A stretch of 64,000 bases of DNA, taken from positions 15,048 to 79,047 of the forward strand of contig MFUZ01000003.1 of the NCBI GenBank assembly GCA_001785865.1, written 5' to 3'. Positions 16,229 to 25,520 of the stretch are shown in pieces (position 1 is the first letter of the stretch; every line of letters starts with the position of its first letter). The stretch is from Candidatus Nomurabacteria bacterium RIFCSPLOWO2_01_FULL_41_18 (GTDB taxonomy: Bacteria > Patescibacteriota > Minisyncoccia > Phycocordibacterales > UBA9973). Below the pieces are notes generated by a model. It was not told the origin of the DNA and made no database searches. It was given only the letters and a program-made list of their open reading frames with translations. Position numbers and translations under genes: made by a program.

Positions 16229-16879
16229 ATGTCAAAAACAATTTCTGAAATTTATACGGAATATAAAATAATGCCGAACTTGCAGGAGCACATGCTTCGT
16301 GTGGCAGGAGTTGCGTCTTTGATATGTGACAATTTTGATGAGCCACTAAATAAAGAAGAGATAATAACTGCATGTTTACTTCACGATATGGGAAATATTA
16401 TTAAATTTAAATTAGAAATCTGGCCACAATTTTTAGAACCGGAAGGACTGAAATACTGGCAAAATGTACAAAGCGAATTTAAAAATAAATATGGAAATAA
16501 TGAGTATTTAGCCCACGGAAAAATAGCGAATGAAATCGGCATAAATAATAGAGTTTTAGAAATAATTAATGCTATTAGTTTTTTGGGTGGGACTGGAAAT
16601 GCTTCAAGTGAAGATTTTGGCAAAAAAATTGCCCATTATTGTGATGACAGAGTAAGTCCTTTTAGTGTAGTAAGTTTAAAACAGCGTTTTACGGATTTAA
16701 GAAAACGTTATGCTCACCATGGCAACGATACACCGGAACGTGATGCATATGAAGTAGCATTAAGGCAAATCGAAGAGCAAATTTTCTCAAAATGCAAAAT
16801 AAAACCAGAAGATATAAATAATGACACAGTTGCGCCCATAATTTCAGAACTAAGAAATTTTGTGATCCGTTCGAACTAA
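16229..16879 (+). CDS. HD-domain phosphohydrolase
   Basis: HMLRV...LLHDMG...H...YCDDR. Confidence 0.85.
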   Translation: MSKTISEIYTEYKIMPNLQEHMLRVAGVASLICDNFDEPLNKEEIITACLLHDMGNIIKFKLEIWPQFLEPEGLKYWQNVQSEFKNKYGNNEYLAHGKIANEIGINNRVLEIINAISFLGGTGNASSEDFGKKIAHYCDDRVSPFSVVSLKQRFTDLRKRYAHHGNDTPERDAYEVALRQIEEQIFSKCKIKPEDINNDTVAPIISELRNFVIRSN

Positions 16880-16908
16880 CTCAGGATCATGGTGATAGAA
16901 ATAGAACC
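16864..16908. repeat. REP-like element overlapping the HD gene 3' end
   Basis: GATCC...GGATC inverted repeat followed by ATGGT...ACCAT stem. Confidence 0.45.
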
Positions 16909-16924
16909 ATGATAAAATAGGATT

Positions 16925-17446
16925 GTGGACAACAAATTTATCTACGTAAATGATAAATATCAGATCGATGCTCTAAATAAAGATTGGATTGGTTTACCAG
17001 TTTTTTTTGAAAATTTACCTGAAGAAATAAAAATAAAAGGAGATACTTTCTATTTTCCAACTCCATTTCATATTAGTCTTGTATATATCGGGAAAATAAT
17101 TGAAAAATACAATATTTCAATCCCAGATTTCAGAGACAAAATCATAGATGATTTTTCTAATTTTACGAAAACTGATAATATTGAAGTTATTAAATATAAT
17201 AATAAATATAAACTTGTTTCTAGAGATGGCATAAATAAAACTATTGTAGTAATGTGTGAAGTTTCAAACTTGAACAATTTTTTTGATTTTATAAATAAAA
17301 AATATGAGCTAAATATAAAATACCCAGCTACTCATGTTACTCTCTATAACACATCAAAGGGTAAATCTGGTATTTGGCTAATGGACGAAGATGATATTAA
17401 AAACATTACTGTAACTATACCAAATCCGATAGGTCGCCCTCTGTAA
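16925..17446 (+). CDS. Putative 2H-phosphoesterase family protein
   Basis: Two HxS/T motifs (PFHISL, ATHVTL) about 85 aa apart; GTG start with -10 upstream. Confidence 0.65.
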   Translation: MDNKFIYVNDKYQIDALNKDWIGLPVFFENLPEEIKIKGDTFYFPTPFHISLVYIGKIIEKYNISIPDFRDKIIDDFSNFTKTDNIEVIKYNNKYKLVSRDGINKTIVVMCEVSNLNNFFDFINKKYELNIKYPATHVTLYNTSKGKSGIWLMDEDDIKNITVTIPNPIGRPL

Positions 17447-17470
17447 TTTTAATATGCTAAATACTTAGTA

Positions 17471-17502
17471 ACATAATAGATACGGCCGTTGTCAATATGC
17501 TA
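17471..17502. promoter_or_regulatory. Imperfect palindrome centred on ACGGCCGT overlapping the PaaX-like promoter
   Basis: ACATAATAGATACGGCCGTTGTCAATATGCTA; directly before TGCTATCAT -10. Confidence 0.6.
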
Positions 17503-17512
17503 TCATATCTTT

Positions 17513-18073
17513 ATGAAAATAATTGATAAAGAATCTAATTCGGGAAAGATAATCCGTGCCTTGGGTATGGGAATAGGAGTGACAGTAGCTTTATCAAATA
17601 AAAGAACAAGTTATAAAGTCACTAAATTATTGATTAAAGAAATTTTTGGCTTAAACAGAAAACCTGCAAATATGGCTGGTTATTTTTCAAAACTTAGGAG
17701 ACAAAAATTGATAGAGATTAAAAAATCTGGTAAATATCATAAAATTTTTCTTACAGAAAATGGTAGGGAAATATTTTTACGATTTAACTATGACGAATTA
17801 AAAATAAAAAATCCCAAAATTTGGGATAGAAATTTTAGAGTGATTGTTTTTGATATTCCAGAAACTAAGAGGGTAGCCAGAGATTCCTTAAGAGAAAAGA
17901 TGAAGGAACTAGGGTTTGTTAAATTTAACGACAGTGTATGGGTTTATCCGTATCCGTGCCAGAAAGAGATTGATTTTATTGCTAATTATTGGGAAATAGG
18001 TAGGTATGTCCATTTTATTTTGGCTCGGGATATCACCAATCGAGATTTATTAGAAAAAGCCTTTAGTTTGTAA
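17513..18073 (+). CDS. PaaX-like protein (wHTH + Cas2/VapD-like ferredoxin domain)
   Basis: LRRQKLI...LTENG wHTH, then WDRNFRVIVFDIPE.KR..RDSLR..MKELGF...NDSVWVYPYPC. Confidence 0.85.
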   Translation: MKIIDKESNSGKIIRALGMGIGVTVALSNKRTSYKVTKLLIKEIFGLNRKPANMAGYFSKLRRQKLIEIKKSGKYHKIFLTENGREIFLRFNYDELKIKNPKIWDRNFRVIVFDIPETKRVARDSLREKMKELGFVKFNDSVWVYPYPCQKEIDFIANYWEIGRYVHFILARDITNRDLLEKAFSL

Positions 18074-18093
18074 GTTACTTCAAACATAGCGTA

Positions 18094-18113
18094 ATAGCAA
18101 CGGCCGTTGCTAT
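18094..18113. repeat. Perfect 20-bp palindrome downstream of the PaaX-like gene
   Basis: ATAGCAACGGCCGTTGCTAT; same ACGGCCGTTG core as the upstream site. Confidence 0.8.
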
Positions 18114-18168
18114 AGTGTTATTATATATTTATTCTTTTTACTTATTTTGTCTGTGATATAATTAAAAT

Positions 18169-18807
18169 ATGAAGATAAAAAAGCTTGGACATTGTTGCTT
18201 TGTTGCCGAACCAAAAGAGGGAATTAGGGTAATGACAGATCCTGGCGCTTTTTCAACAATGCAAAGCGAAGAAAAAAATATTTCTGCTGTACTCATTACT
18301 CATGAACATCAAGATCACCTACATATTGATTCACTAAAAAAAGTCTTAGTAAATAATCCCACTGCAATTGTTATTACAAATACTGCTGTCGGTAAATTGC
18401 TCGACGAAGCTGGAATTAAATATATAAAAATAGAAGAAGGGCAGGAATACGATTTAAGTGGGGTAAGCATAAATGGTTTTGGAAATTTGCATGCGGAAAT
18501 TTATGAGACATATGGCAGAGTGCAGAATACAGGTTATATGGTTGATAAACTTTGTTATCCTGGAGACGCGTTTGCTAATCCAAATACTGAGGTAGATATT
18601 GTGGCGCTTCCCGTTACTGGTCCATGGATGAGAATAAAAGATGCTATCGATTATGCAAAAATGCTTAAGCCAAGAGTTGCCTTTCCGGTTCACGATGCTC
18701 ACATACACGAATGGGCTGGTTTTATTTTAAAAGTTCCCAATTTATTGCTTGGAGAAGTTGGAATAGATTTTAAGAAGATGGATCTAGGTAAAGAAGAAAA
18801 TTTATAA
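18169..18807 (+). CDS. MBL-fold metallo-hydrolase (UlaG/UPF0173-like)
   Basis: LGHCC, DP, THEHQDH, H, GD, PVH motifs. Confidence 0.88.
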   Translation: MKIKKLGHCCFVAEPKEGIRVMTDPGAFSTMQSEEKNISAVLITHEHQDHLHIDSLKKVLVNNPTAIVITNTAVGKLLDEAGIKYIKIEEGQEYDLSGVSINGFGNLHAEIYETYGRVQNTGYMVDKLCYPGDAFANPNTEVDIVALPVTGPWMRIKDAIDYAKMLKPRVAFPVHDAHIHEWAGFILKVPNLLLGEVGIDFKKMDLGKEENL

Positions 18808-19389
18808 ATGCATCACATTTATCATACAGAGGGGATAATATTGAGCAGTAAGAATTTTGGAGAAGCGGGGAAACACTTTTCTATTTTCACTCGTGATTTG
18901 GGGATGATAACAGCGACGGCGCAAGGAGTTCGAAAGATTTCTTCAAAACTTCGCTTTGTGTTGCAGGATTTTGCATATATAAAAATTGATTTGGTGCAAG
19001 GTAAAAATATTTTTAGAGTAACGACCGCATCGAAAACGAACCAGCTGGAGCAGTTGATTAAAAATAGAGAGACTTTTGCGGTTTTTGCCAATATTTCTCG
19101 CTTATTAAAGCGGTTACTTGCTGGCGTTGAACCCAACGAAGCATTATTTTCGGATTTGATTGGTGGTTTGTTTATTTTAGAAAAAACAGAAAAAAGGGAA
19201 GATTTAAGAAATATAGAAATAGTTATTGTTTTAAGGATTCTGAATAATCTGGGGTATATAGGTGAAAATGAAATATTAGAAAATCTCACCAAATCTCCAT
19301 TTGAAGAAGATTTAATATTCAAAGTTTCAGAATCAAGAATCCACGTATTAAATCAAATAAATAAAGCTCTTAAAGAGACACATCTATAG
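18808..19389 (+). CDS. recO: DNA repair protein RecO
   Basis: TEGIILSSKNFGEA...IFTRDLG...AQGVRK.SSKL OB-fold N-terminus. Confidence 0.88.
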   Translation: MHHIYHTEGIILSSKNFGEAGKHFSIFTRDLGMITATAQGVRKISSKLRFVLQDFAYIKIDLVQGKNIFRVTTASKTNQLEQLIKNRETFAVFANISRLLKRLLAGVEPNEALFSDLIGGLFILEKTEKREDLRNIEIVIVLRILNNLGYIGENEILENLTKSPFEEDLIFKVSESRIHVLNQINKALKETHL

Positions 19390-19408
19390 ACTATGGTATA
19401 ATCTTAGA

Positions 19409-21358
19409 ATGCCTCAAAATGATAGGGATAAGTTAAATAGAATAGAAGAGTTAAAAAGCAAGCTTTTCAGCAAAAGCTATCAGACAAAAATAGAACACAA
19501 GGATCGTTTTACTCATTTCGAGAAAAAAGACGTGCCAGATGCCTGGGGGAAAAGCCCAAAATTCGACCTTGCGCCATCATATTCAAGCGAAAAATTTTTT
19601 ATGAAAACCTCGGTTTTCAAAAATTTCTTCATATTTTCTTTAGTTTTTTTTGCTTTGACCCTTCTATACGCTTCTTATGTCTTTTTCGGTGGTAGCAATA
19701 CTGTTTCCAATGACAATATCGATATTTCCATAGTCGGCAACAATTTCACGGCCGGAGGAGAAGAATTGTCACTGGTCGTCGGAATCACGAACAAAAACAG
19801 TTCTGCACTCGACTTGGTGGACCTGGTCGTAGAGTATCCGAAGAGCTCTCGTCTAGGTAGTACTGCGCCGCCCTCTGGGACAGAGAGATTTCGAGAATCC
19901 CTGGGCACAATTCCCGCCGGAGTGGTGCGCAATGAAAATATAAAACTTATTCTTTTTGGAGAACAGGGCACAGAGCGGCAGATAAAAATTTCCTTGGAAT
20001 ATCGGGTAGAAGGATCAAACGCCATTTTCGTAAAAGAGAAATTCTACGAGGTGACCATTAGCTCTACACCGCTCAATATCTTAGTCGATGCGCCTAAAGT
20101 GATAAGTCCGAACCAGGATATTACTCTCAATATAAAAACAACACTGAACGCTACCAACCCAGCATCCAAAATACTTCTGAAGATCGATTATCCTCTCGGA
20201 TTCCAATTTAAGTCATCCGTTCCGGTTCCGTCCCTTGGAAACAATATCTGGAATTTGGGGGACCTAGCTCCTGGCGCTGAGCGCAATGTCGTGGTCACTG
20301 GTCAGATGATTGATGTGTTTGATGGAGAAGAGAAAATATTTCATATCTCAAGCGGATCCCAGTCGGGAGGAGACAAGTCTCTTATCGATGTCGTCTTCAA
20401 TTCTCTAGCTTACTCGGTCGGTATCCAAAAGCCTTTCATCGAAGCGAAGCTGTATGTAAATGGCGTATATCAGAGGGAGTACGCTACTACTGCAAAGAAT
20501 CCGGTCCGAGGCGAAATAAAATGGACCAACAATTTAGATACGAAAGTAAATGACCTAGAGATTCGAGCTAAGATTTCCGGGAATTCATTCGATCGGGAGA
20601 CCATAGATAGCGACCAAGGGTTTTATGATTCGGCGATCGATACCATAATCTGGGACAAGAATTCTGAAAGTGAACTTTCCGAAGTGAATCCTGGAGATTC
20701 GGGTTCAGTGAACTTTTCCGTCTCTCCGCGTTTGCTGTTTTCAGCTACTGGCGGGATAATTTCCGATCCGTCGATTAATATCAATATTTCTATTTCTGGA
20801 AAGCAGATGACTACCGGCTATACCACTGTCGATCTAAACAATTCCGATTCCTCGGTCATTAGGATCATTTCGGACGTGGGATTCGCGACCAAAGCGCTCT
20901 ACTATTCGGGTATTTTTACAAATACCGGTCCGGTGCCTCCCCAAGTCGGAAAAGAAACCACTTATACTGTAGTGTGGTCCTTATCCAATACTTCAAACAG
21001 TATTTCGAAAGGCATTGTCCGTTCATCGTTGCCATCCTGGATGAAGTTTACCAACAAGATCTCGCCGGAAAGTGAAGATGTGACTTACAATCCTTCAACT
21101 CGGGAAATCGTCTGGAATATCGGCAGGATTCCGCGAGGCACAGGTATCGCCACCGTCGACAAAAGCGTTTCTTTTCAGGTAGCATTTACCCCATCCCTGT
21201 CTCAGGTTCGCACAACGCCGGTTATCGTCAACGAAGCTGTTTTGACGGGTCATGATGATTTTGCTAATGTGGATGTGCGGGTAAGTAAGTCGTCAATCCG
21301 AACACAGCTCGAGAATGACCCTTCTTTCCCTCCGGGTGGGGGCACAGTAGTGGAATAA
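19409..21358 (+). CDS. Single-pass membrane protein with large beta-rich (Ig/DUF11-like) extracellular region
   Basis: One TM near aa 70-92; repeated WNLGDL/WDK/WNIG motifs; GPVPPQVGKETTYTV. Confidence 0.7.
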   Translation: MPQNDRDKLNRIEELKSKLFSKSYQTKIEHKDRFTHFEKKDVPDAWGKSPKFDLAPSYSSEKFFMKTSVFKNFFIFSLVFFALTLLYASYVFFGGSNTVSNDNIDISIVGNNFTAGGEELSLVVGITNKNSSALDLVDLVVEYPKSSRLGSTAPPSGTERFRESLGTIPAGVVRNENIKLILFGEQGTERQIKISLEYRVEGSNAIFVKEKFYEVTISSTPLNILVDAPKVISPNQDITLNIKTTLNATNPASKILLKIDYPLGFQFKSSVPVPSLGNNIWNLGDLAPGAERNVVVTGQMIDVFDGEEKIFHISSGSQSGGDKSLIDVVFNSLAYSVGIQKPFIEAKLYVNGVYQREYATTAKNPVRGEIKWTNNLDTKVNDLEIRAKISGNSFDRETIDSDQGFYDSAIDTIIWDKNSESELSEVNPGDSGSVNFSVSPRLLFSATGGIISDPSININISISGKQMTTGYTTVDLNNSDSSVIRIISDVGFATKALYYSGIFTNTGPVPPQVGKETTYTVVWSLSNTSNSISKGIVRSSLPSWMKFTNKISPESEDVTYNPSTREIVWNIGRIPRGTGIATVDKSVSFQVAFTPSLSQVRTTPVIVNEAVLTGHDDFANVDVRVSKSSIRTQLENDPSFPPGGGTVVE

Positions 21359-21359
21359 T

Positions 21360-21394
21360 CATAAAGTTCATAAAGTAAAAAGTTATAAAGTAAA
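21360..21394. repeat. Short tandem (A)TAAAGT-type repeats
   Basis: CATAAAGTTCATAAAGTAAAAAGTTATAAAGTAAA just upstream of glyS. Confidence 0.6.
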
Positions 21395-22609
21395 ATGAAA
21401 AAAGAAAGTAAGGAAAACGACTTGATGGAAAAGATAGTCTCGCTCGCTAAAAGGCGTGGGTTTGTTTTTCAGGGCTCGGAGATATATGGGGGATTGGCGG
21501 GGACTTACGACTGGGGGCATTTTGGTGTTGCTTTAAAAAATAATATTAAGCAGAATTGGTGGAAAAAATTTGTTGATTCTCGCCGAGACATGTATGGCAT
21601 AGATGCGGCGATATTGATGCGTCAAGAAGTTTGGCAAGCGACAGGCCACGTGGCAAATTTCGCAGACCCTCTTGATGGTAAACAATTTAATACAATGCTC
21701 AAGACTCAAGTCGGTGCAGGGGAGGAGGCTACGGTTTCCTATCTGCGACCAGAAACAGCACAGGGTATGTTTGTAAATTTTAAAAATACAGTAGATGCAT
21801 TTCACCCAAAACTGCCTTTCGGTATGGCTCAGATCGGTAAAGCTTTCAGAAACGAAATTGCCCCTCGGGATTTCTTGTTTCGACAGCGCGAATTTGAGCA
21901 AATGGAAATAGAATATTTTATTCGTTCAGTTGATTGGGAAAAATATTTTGAATATTGGAGAAGTGAGATGTTAGACTGGATGCAAGAACTAGGCCTTGAT
22001 ATGGGTCGTGTGCATGAGCTGGAAGTTTTAGATGCTGACAGAGCGCATTACTCTAAAAGAACAATTGATTTTGAGTTTGATTTTCCTTTCGGAAGAAAAG
22101 AACTTTTTGGCTTGGCATATCGTACTGATTTTGATTTGAAAACTCATAAATTGGAATATGTAGATGAAGAAAATTCAGAAAAAATTGTTCCACATGTAAT
22201 CGAACCATCAATGGGAGTCGATAGGGCAGTATTGTCTCTCCTTATCTCTACATATACGGAAGACGAAAAGGATGGGGAGGTGCGTTCATACTTGAAATTT
22301 AAGCCCAATATTGCTCCAGTCATTTGCGCTGTTTCGCCTTTGCTTAAGAATAAACCAGAGCTTGTAGAATACGCTAATGCAAAAGTCTATGCTCCACTCA
22401 AAGAAGAATTCGGCAGGGTGGCATGGGACGACAACGGCAATATCGGCAAACGTTATCGCCGTCAAGACGAAATCGGCACACCTTTTTGCATTGTTGTTGA
22501 TTTTGATACTTTGACAGATGATTCTGTGACTGTGCGAGACAGAGATACAGGCGAACAGGAAAGAATAAAAGTAGAAGATTTAAAAAAATATATAAAGGGG
22601 AAGATTTAG
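21395..22609 (+). CDS. glyS: Glycine--tRNA ligase (alpha2, archaeal/eukaryotic type)
   Basis: KRRGF...IYGG, YLRPETAQG, IGKAFRNEI, REFEQME, VIEPS.G, IGKRYRRQDEIGTP. Confidence 0.96.
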   Translation: MKKESKENDLMEKIVSLAKRRGFVFQGSEIYGGLAGTYDWGHFGVALKNNIKQNWWKKFVDSRRDMYGIDAAILMRQEVWQATGHVANFADPLDGKQFNTMLKTQVGAGEEATVSYLRPETAQGMFVNFKNTVDAFHPKLPFGMAQIGKAFRNEIAPRDFLFRQREFEQMEIEYFIRSVDWEKYFEYWRSEMLDWMQELGLDMGRVHELEVLDADRAHYSKRTIDFEFDFPFGRKELFGLAYRTDFDLKTHKLEYVDEENSEKIVPHVIEPSMGVDRAVLSLLISTYTEDEKDGEVRSYLKFKPNIAPVICAVSPLLKNKPELVEYANAKVYAPLKEEFGRVAWDDNGNIGKRYRRQDEIGTPFCIVVDFDTLTDDSVTVRDRDTGEQERIKVEDLKKYIKGKI

Positions 22610-22719
22610 CACCCCCTCCCAGCCTCCCCCTTGGCGAAGAGGGAGGGGAAGATAAATTAATCACCACCCCTGACCCCTCCTCCACAAGGTGGGGTGCCTT
22701 TAGGAGGGGTGGTGATTTT
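22610..22719. repeat. Polypyrimidine/polypurine REP-like hairpin cluster, likely also the glyS terminator
   Basis: CCCCTCCC...GGGAGGGG and AATCACCACCCCT...AGGGGTGGTGATT followed by T-run. Confidence 0.7.
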
Positions 22720-22724
22720 TATAT

Positions 22725-22769
22725 AAAAAAAGTTCAGCCACGACCCCCGGTTTCCCAGAGACGTGGCTG
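22725..22769 (-). terminator. Intrinsic terminator of the 81-aa ORF
   Basis: CAGCCACG...CGTGGCTG stem with an A7 run on + (U-tract on -). Confidence 0.65.
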
Positions 22770-22777
22770 TGATTGTT

Positions 22778-23023
22778 TCATTGCTCGGTTCTTTGTTTCG
22801 GGAGGGGGCGCCCAAGAACATAACCCGTGACGAGTCCGGAAATCCACAGGAGTGTAATTCCCAGAATCAGGTAGTGAACTTGGATGTTGTCATCTTTTTG
22901 TACGCTTGCTATAAGCGTCATACCAAGAGCCAGGGGAATAAAAATCCCCAATGCCCATCTTGTTCGGTAGTCCATTTTAGTGAAGTGTGCAAATTGAGGT
23001 ATCCATCCTCGTTCAGGTCGCAC
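22778..23023 (-). CDS. Small two-TM membrane protein (ORFan)
   Basis: Two hydrophobic helices; own promoter-like (TTGCAA-17-TACAAC) and terminator elements. Confidence 0.55.
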   Translation of the reverse strand: MRPERGWIPQFAHFTKMDYRTRWALGIFIPLALGMTLIASVQKDDNIQVHYLILGITLLWISGLVTGYVLGRPLPKQRTEQ

Positions 23024-23129
23024 GCCTGTTTTGTTGTTGAAAGGACGAAATAGTTACATAAAAGTTGTACAATATTTTATGCACAATTGCAAGCGTTTTT
23101 AAAATTACTATAATGCTATACTTTTTTGT

Positions 23130-24398
23130 ATGAAATTCTCAAAAAAAGTTTTAAGAAATGGCCTGCGAGTTATAACTGTGCCGATGAAGGACAATCCCAC
23201 CATAACCGCCTTGATTTTGGTAGAAACAGGCTCAAAATATGAAAAAAAGGAGATAAATGGCATTTCGCACTTTTTGGAGCATATGTGCTTTAAGGGCACA
23301 ATAAAGAGGTCAAAAGCTGTTGATATTTCCAAAGAATTAGATGCACTAGGGAGTCAATACAACGCTTTTACTGCTCAAGAATACACAGGATATTACGCCA
23401 AGTCCGACGCTCGGCATTTCAAGCAAATTTTTGACATTGTTTCAGATATTTATCTTAATTCTACTTTTCCAGAACAAGAAATGGAAAGGGAAAAGGGAGT
23501 AATAATAGAAGAAATAAATATGTATGAAGATATGCCACAAAGACATGTGCAAGACCTGATGATGAAATTGCTTTATGGAGATCAGCCAGCTGGATGGAAC
23601 ATAGCCGGTGAAAAGAAAAATATTTTAAAAATGAAACGTGATGATTTTGTTAAATATAAAAAATCTCACTATTTACCAGAAGCGACAGTGCTCGTGGTAG
23701 CAGGACAGGTTACAGAAAAGCAGGTTTTAGAAGAGGTAAATAAAATTTTTAGCAAAGTTTCCTCTGGCCGGAAGGGAAATAAATTAAAAATAAAAGAAAA
23801 ACAAAAAAAACCGCAAGTATTATTGAATTTTAAAAAAACAGACCAGACTCATTTTGTTTTGAGTGTGCGTACGTATGATCTATTTGATAAGAAAAATACG
23901 GTTCTTTCTGTCCTTGGTGGAATTCTTGGAGGAGGAATGAGTTCGCGCCTTTTCGTAAAGCTTCGTGAAGAAATGGGTGTAGGATATTATGTTCGCGCAT
24001 ATAACGATTCATATACAGACCATGGATTTTTCCAAATCTCGGCTGGAGTTGATAATAAAAGAATTGATGAGGTGCTGGAGGCCATTCTTCTAGAATGTAA
24101 AAAATTAAAAGACCAGAAAGTTTTCAAAGAAGAATTGGATAAAGTAAAAGAATATTTGATAGGTAATATGAAGCTTTCTCTCGAGTCAAGCGATGACATT
24201 GCCCACTTTTATGGTGGCCAAGAGCTTTTGAAAAGAGAGATCTTGAATGCTCATGAAAAGGCGGAAAAAATACGCAAAGTTACTGCAAATCAAGTTCATA
24301 ACTTGGCCAAGGAAATTTTCAAGAACGAAAAGCTCAATCTGGCCATCATCGGCCCGTTTAAGAAAAAATCAAATTTTCTTACGATACTCCGGTTCTAA
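23130..24398 (+). CDS. M16 family zinc peptidase
   Basis: HFLEH inverted zinc motif, NAFT, GGMSSRLF..LRE..G..Y. Confidence 0.95.
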   Translation: MKFSKKVLRNGLRVITVPMKDNPTITALILVETGSKYEKKEINGISHFLEHMCFKGTIKRSKAVDISKELDALGSQYNAFTAQEYTGYYAKSDARHFKQIFDIVSDIYLNSTFPEQEMEREKGVIIEEINMYEDMPQRHVQDLMMKLLYGDQPAGWNIAGEKKNILKMKRDDFVKYKKSHYLPEATVLVVAGQVTEKQVLEEVNKIFSKVSSGRKGNKLKIKEKQKKPQVLLNFKKTDQTHFVLSVRTYDLFDKKNTVLSVLGGILGGGMSSRLFVKLREEMGVGYYVRAYNDSYTDHGFFQISAGVDNKRIDEVLEAILLECKKLKDQKVFKEELDKVKEYLIGNMKLSLESSDDIAHFYGGQELLKREILNAHEKAEKIRKVTANQVHNLAKEIFKNEKLNLAIIGPFKKKSNFLTILRF

Positions 24399-24435
24399 TC
24401 TTTTACTGCAAGCCTGTTTGTGGTATCATATTTCT

Positions 24436-25518
24436 ATGTTGGAAAAAAACAGCCTAACTTCTATTTCTATCACTACTGGCACCATGGTACGCGCGATCCT
24501 GGTTCTGCTTGTTGTTTTTCTCATTTGGTTCCTGCGTGATCTGGTTCTGGTGGTTTTGACCTCGATCGTGATCGCTTCTTTTGTTGAATCAGCGGTTCCA
24601 TATTTTAATAAGTTGCATATGCATCGGGTGGTCGGTATAGTAGTGCTGTATATTTTTTCGCTTACCATTCTGGCGGGTGTATTTTATCTTTTTGCACCCC
24701 TTCTCATAACTGAAATATATAATTTTTCTAATTTCATTTCGGCTTACATCCCAGGTGTTTCTTTCTTTGACTTCTTCAAGAACGAAGAATTTTCTGGCGC
24801 GAAAGATATAATTTCCTCTCTTGGAAACAACTTTTCGATTTCTTCCTTATTTTCAGTTTCAAAAGCTTTTGTTCTGAATCTCTCTGGGGGCTTTTTTCAG
24901 ACAGTTTCTGTCGCTTTCGGGAGCTTTTTCAATTTCATACTAATCGTCATAATTTCTTTCTATCTCACTATCCAAGAAAAAGGAATAGAAAATTTTCTTC
25001 GGCTCATATTCCCAATCGACCAAGAGGATTACGTGGTAGATCTCTGGGAGCGCTCTAGGCGCAAGATCGCGCTCTGGATGAAGGGGCAAGTGGTCTTGGG
25101 AGTTGTGGTGGGAGTGCTTATTTATCTAGTCTTGTCGCTTCTCGGCATAGAATACGCTCTTCTTTTTGCTATTATCGGAGGCATAATGGAAATGGTACCT
25201 TATGGGATTTTAGTCTCGATGATTCCAGTTTTTTCCTTTTCTTATTTAACCAGCGGGCTCTCAAGCGCACTAGTGGTCGCAGGTGCCTATTTCATAATCC
25301 ATCAATTCGAAGTGTTCCTTTTTGCTCCGCTGATTATCAAAAAAATTGTTGGGCTTTCGCCAATCGTTATCATCTTGTCCGCTTTAATCGGTTTCGAATT
25401 GAGTGGATTTTGGGGGTTGGTGCTCGCTATTCCGGCCGCGGTTATCGTAATGGAATTTTTAAGCGATCTCGAGAAAAGAAAAATTTTAGCTCGTACGCAA
25501 GAAAATAAAGGCAAATAA
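24436..25518 (+). CDS. AI-2E (PerM) family transporter
   Basis: Multi-TM; E.VPY, LAIP C-terminal motif; start at ATG 24436. Confidence 0.88.
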   Translation: MLEKNSLTSISITTGTMVRAILVLLVVFLIWFLRDLVLVVLTSIVIASFVESAVPYFNKLHMHRVVGIVVLYIFSLTILAGVFYLFAPLLITEIYNFSNFISAYIPGVSFFDFFKNEEFSGAKDIISSLGNNFSISSLFSVSKAFVLNLSGGFFQTVSVAFGSFFNFILIVIISFYLTIQEKGIENFLRLIFPIDQEDYVVDLWERSRRKIALWMKGQVVLGVVVGVLIYLVLSLLGIEYALLFAIIGGIMEMVPYGILVSMIPVFSFSYLTSGLSSALVVAGAYFIIHQFEVFLFAPLIIKKIVGLSPIVIILSALIGFELSGFWGLVLAIPAAVIVMEFLSDLEKRKILARTQENKGK

Positions 25519-25520
25519 TA

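Noticed and set aside
17513-18073. CRISPR-Cas locus suggested by the Cas2-like domain
   Set aside because: No repeat-spacer array, cas1 or effector gene in the window; the protein has the wHTH-fused PaaX-like layout.
22763-23053. 96-aa plus-strand ORF
   Set aside because: Promoter, terminator orientation and two-TM pattern favour the minus-strand 81-aa ORF.
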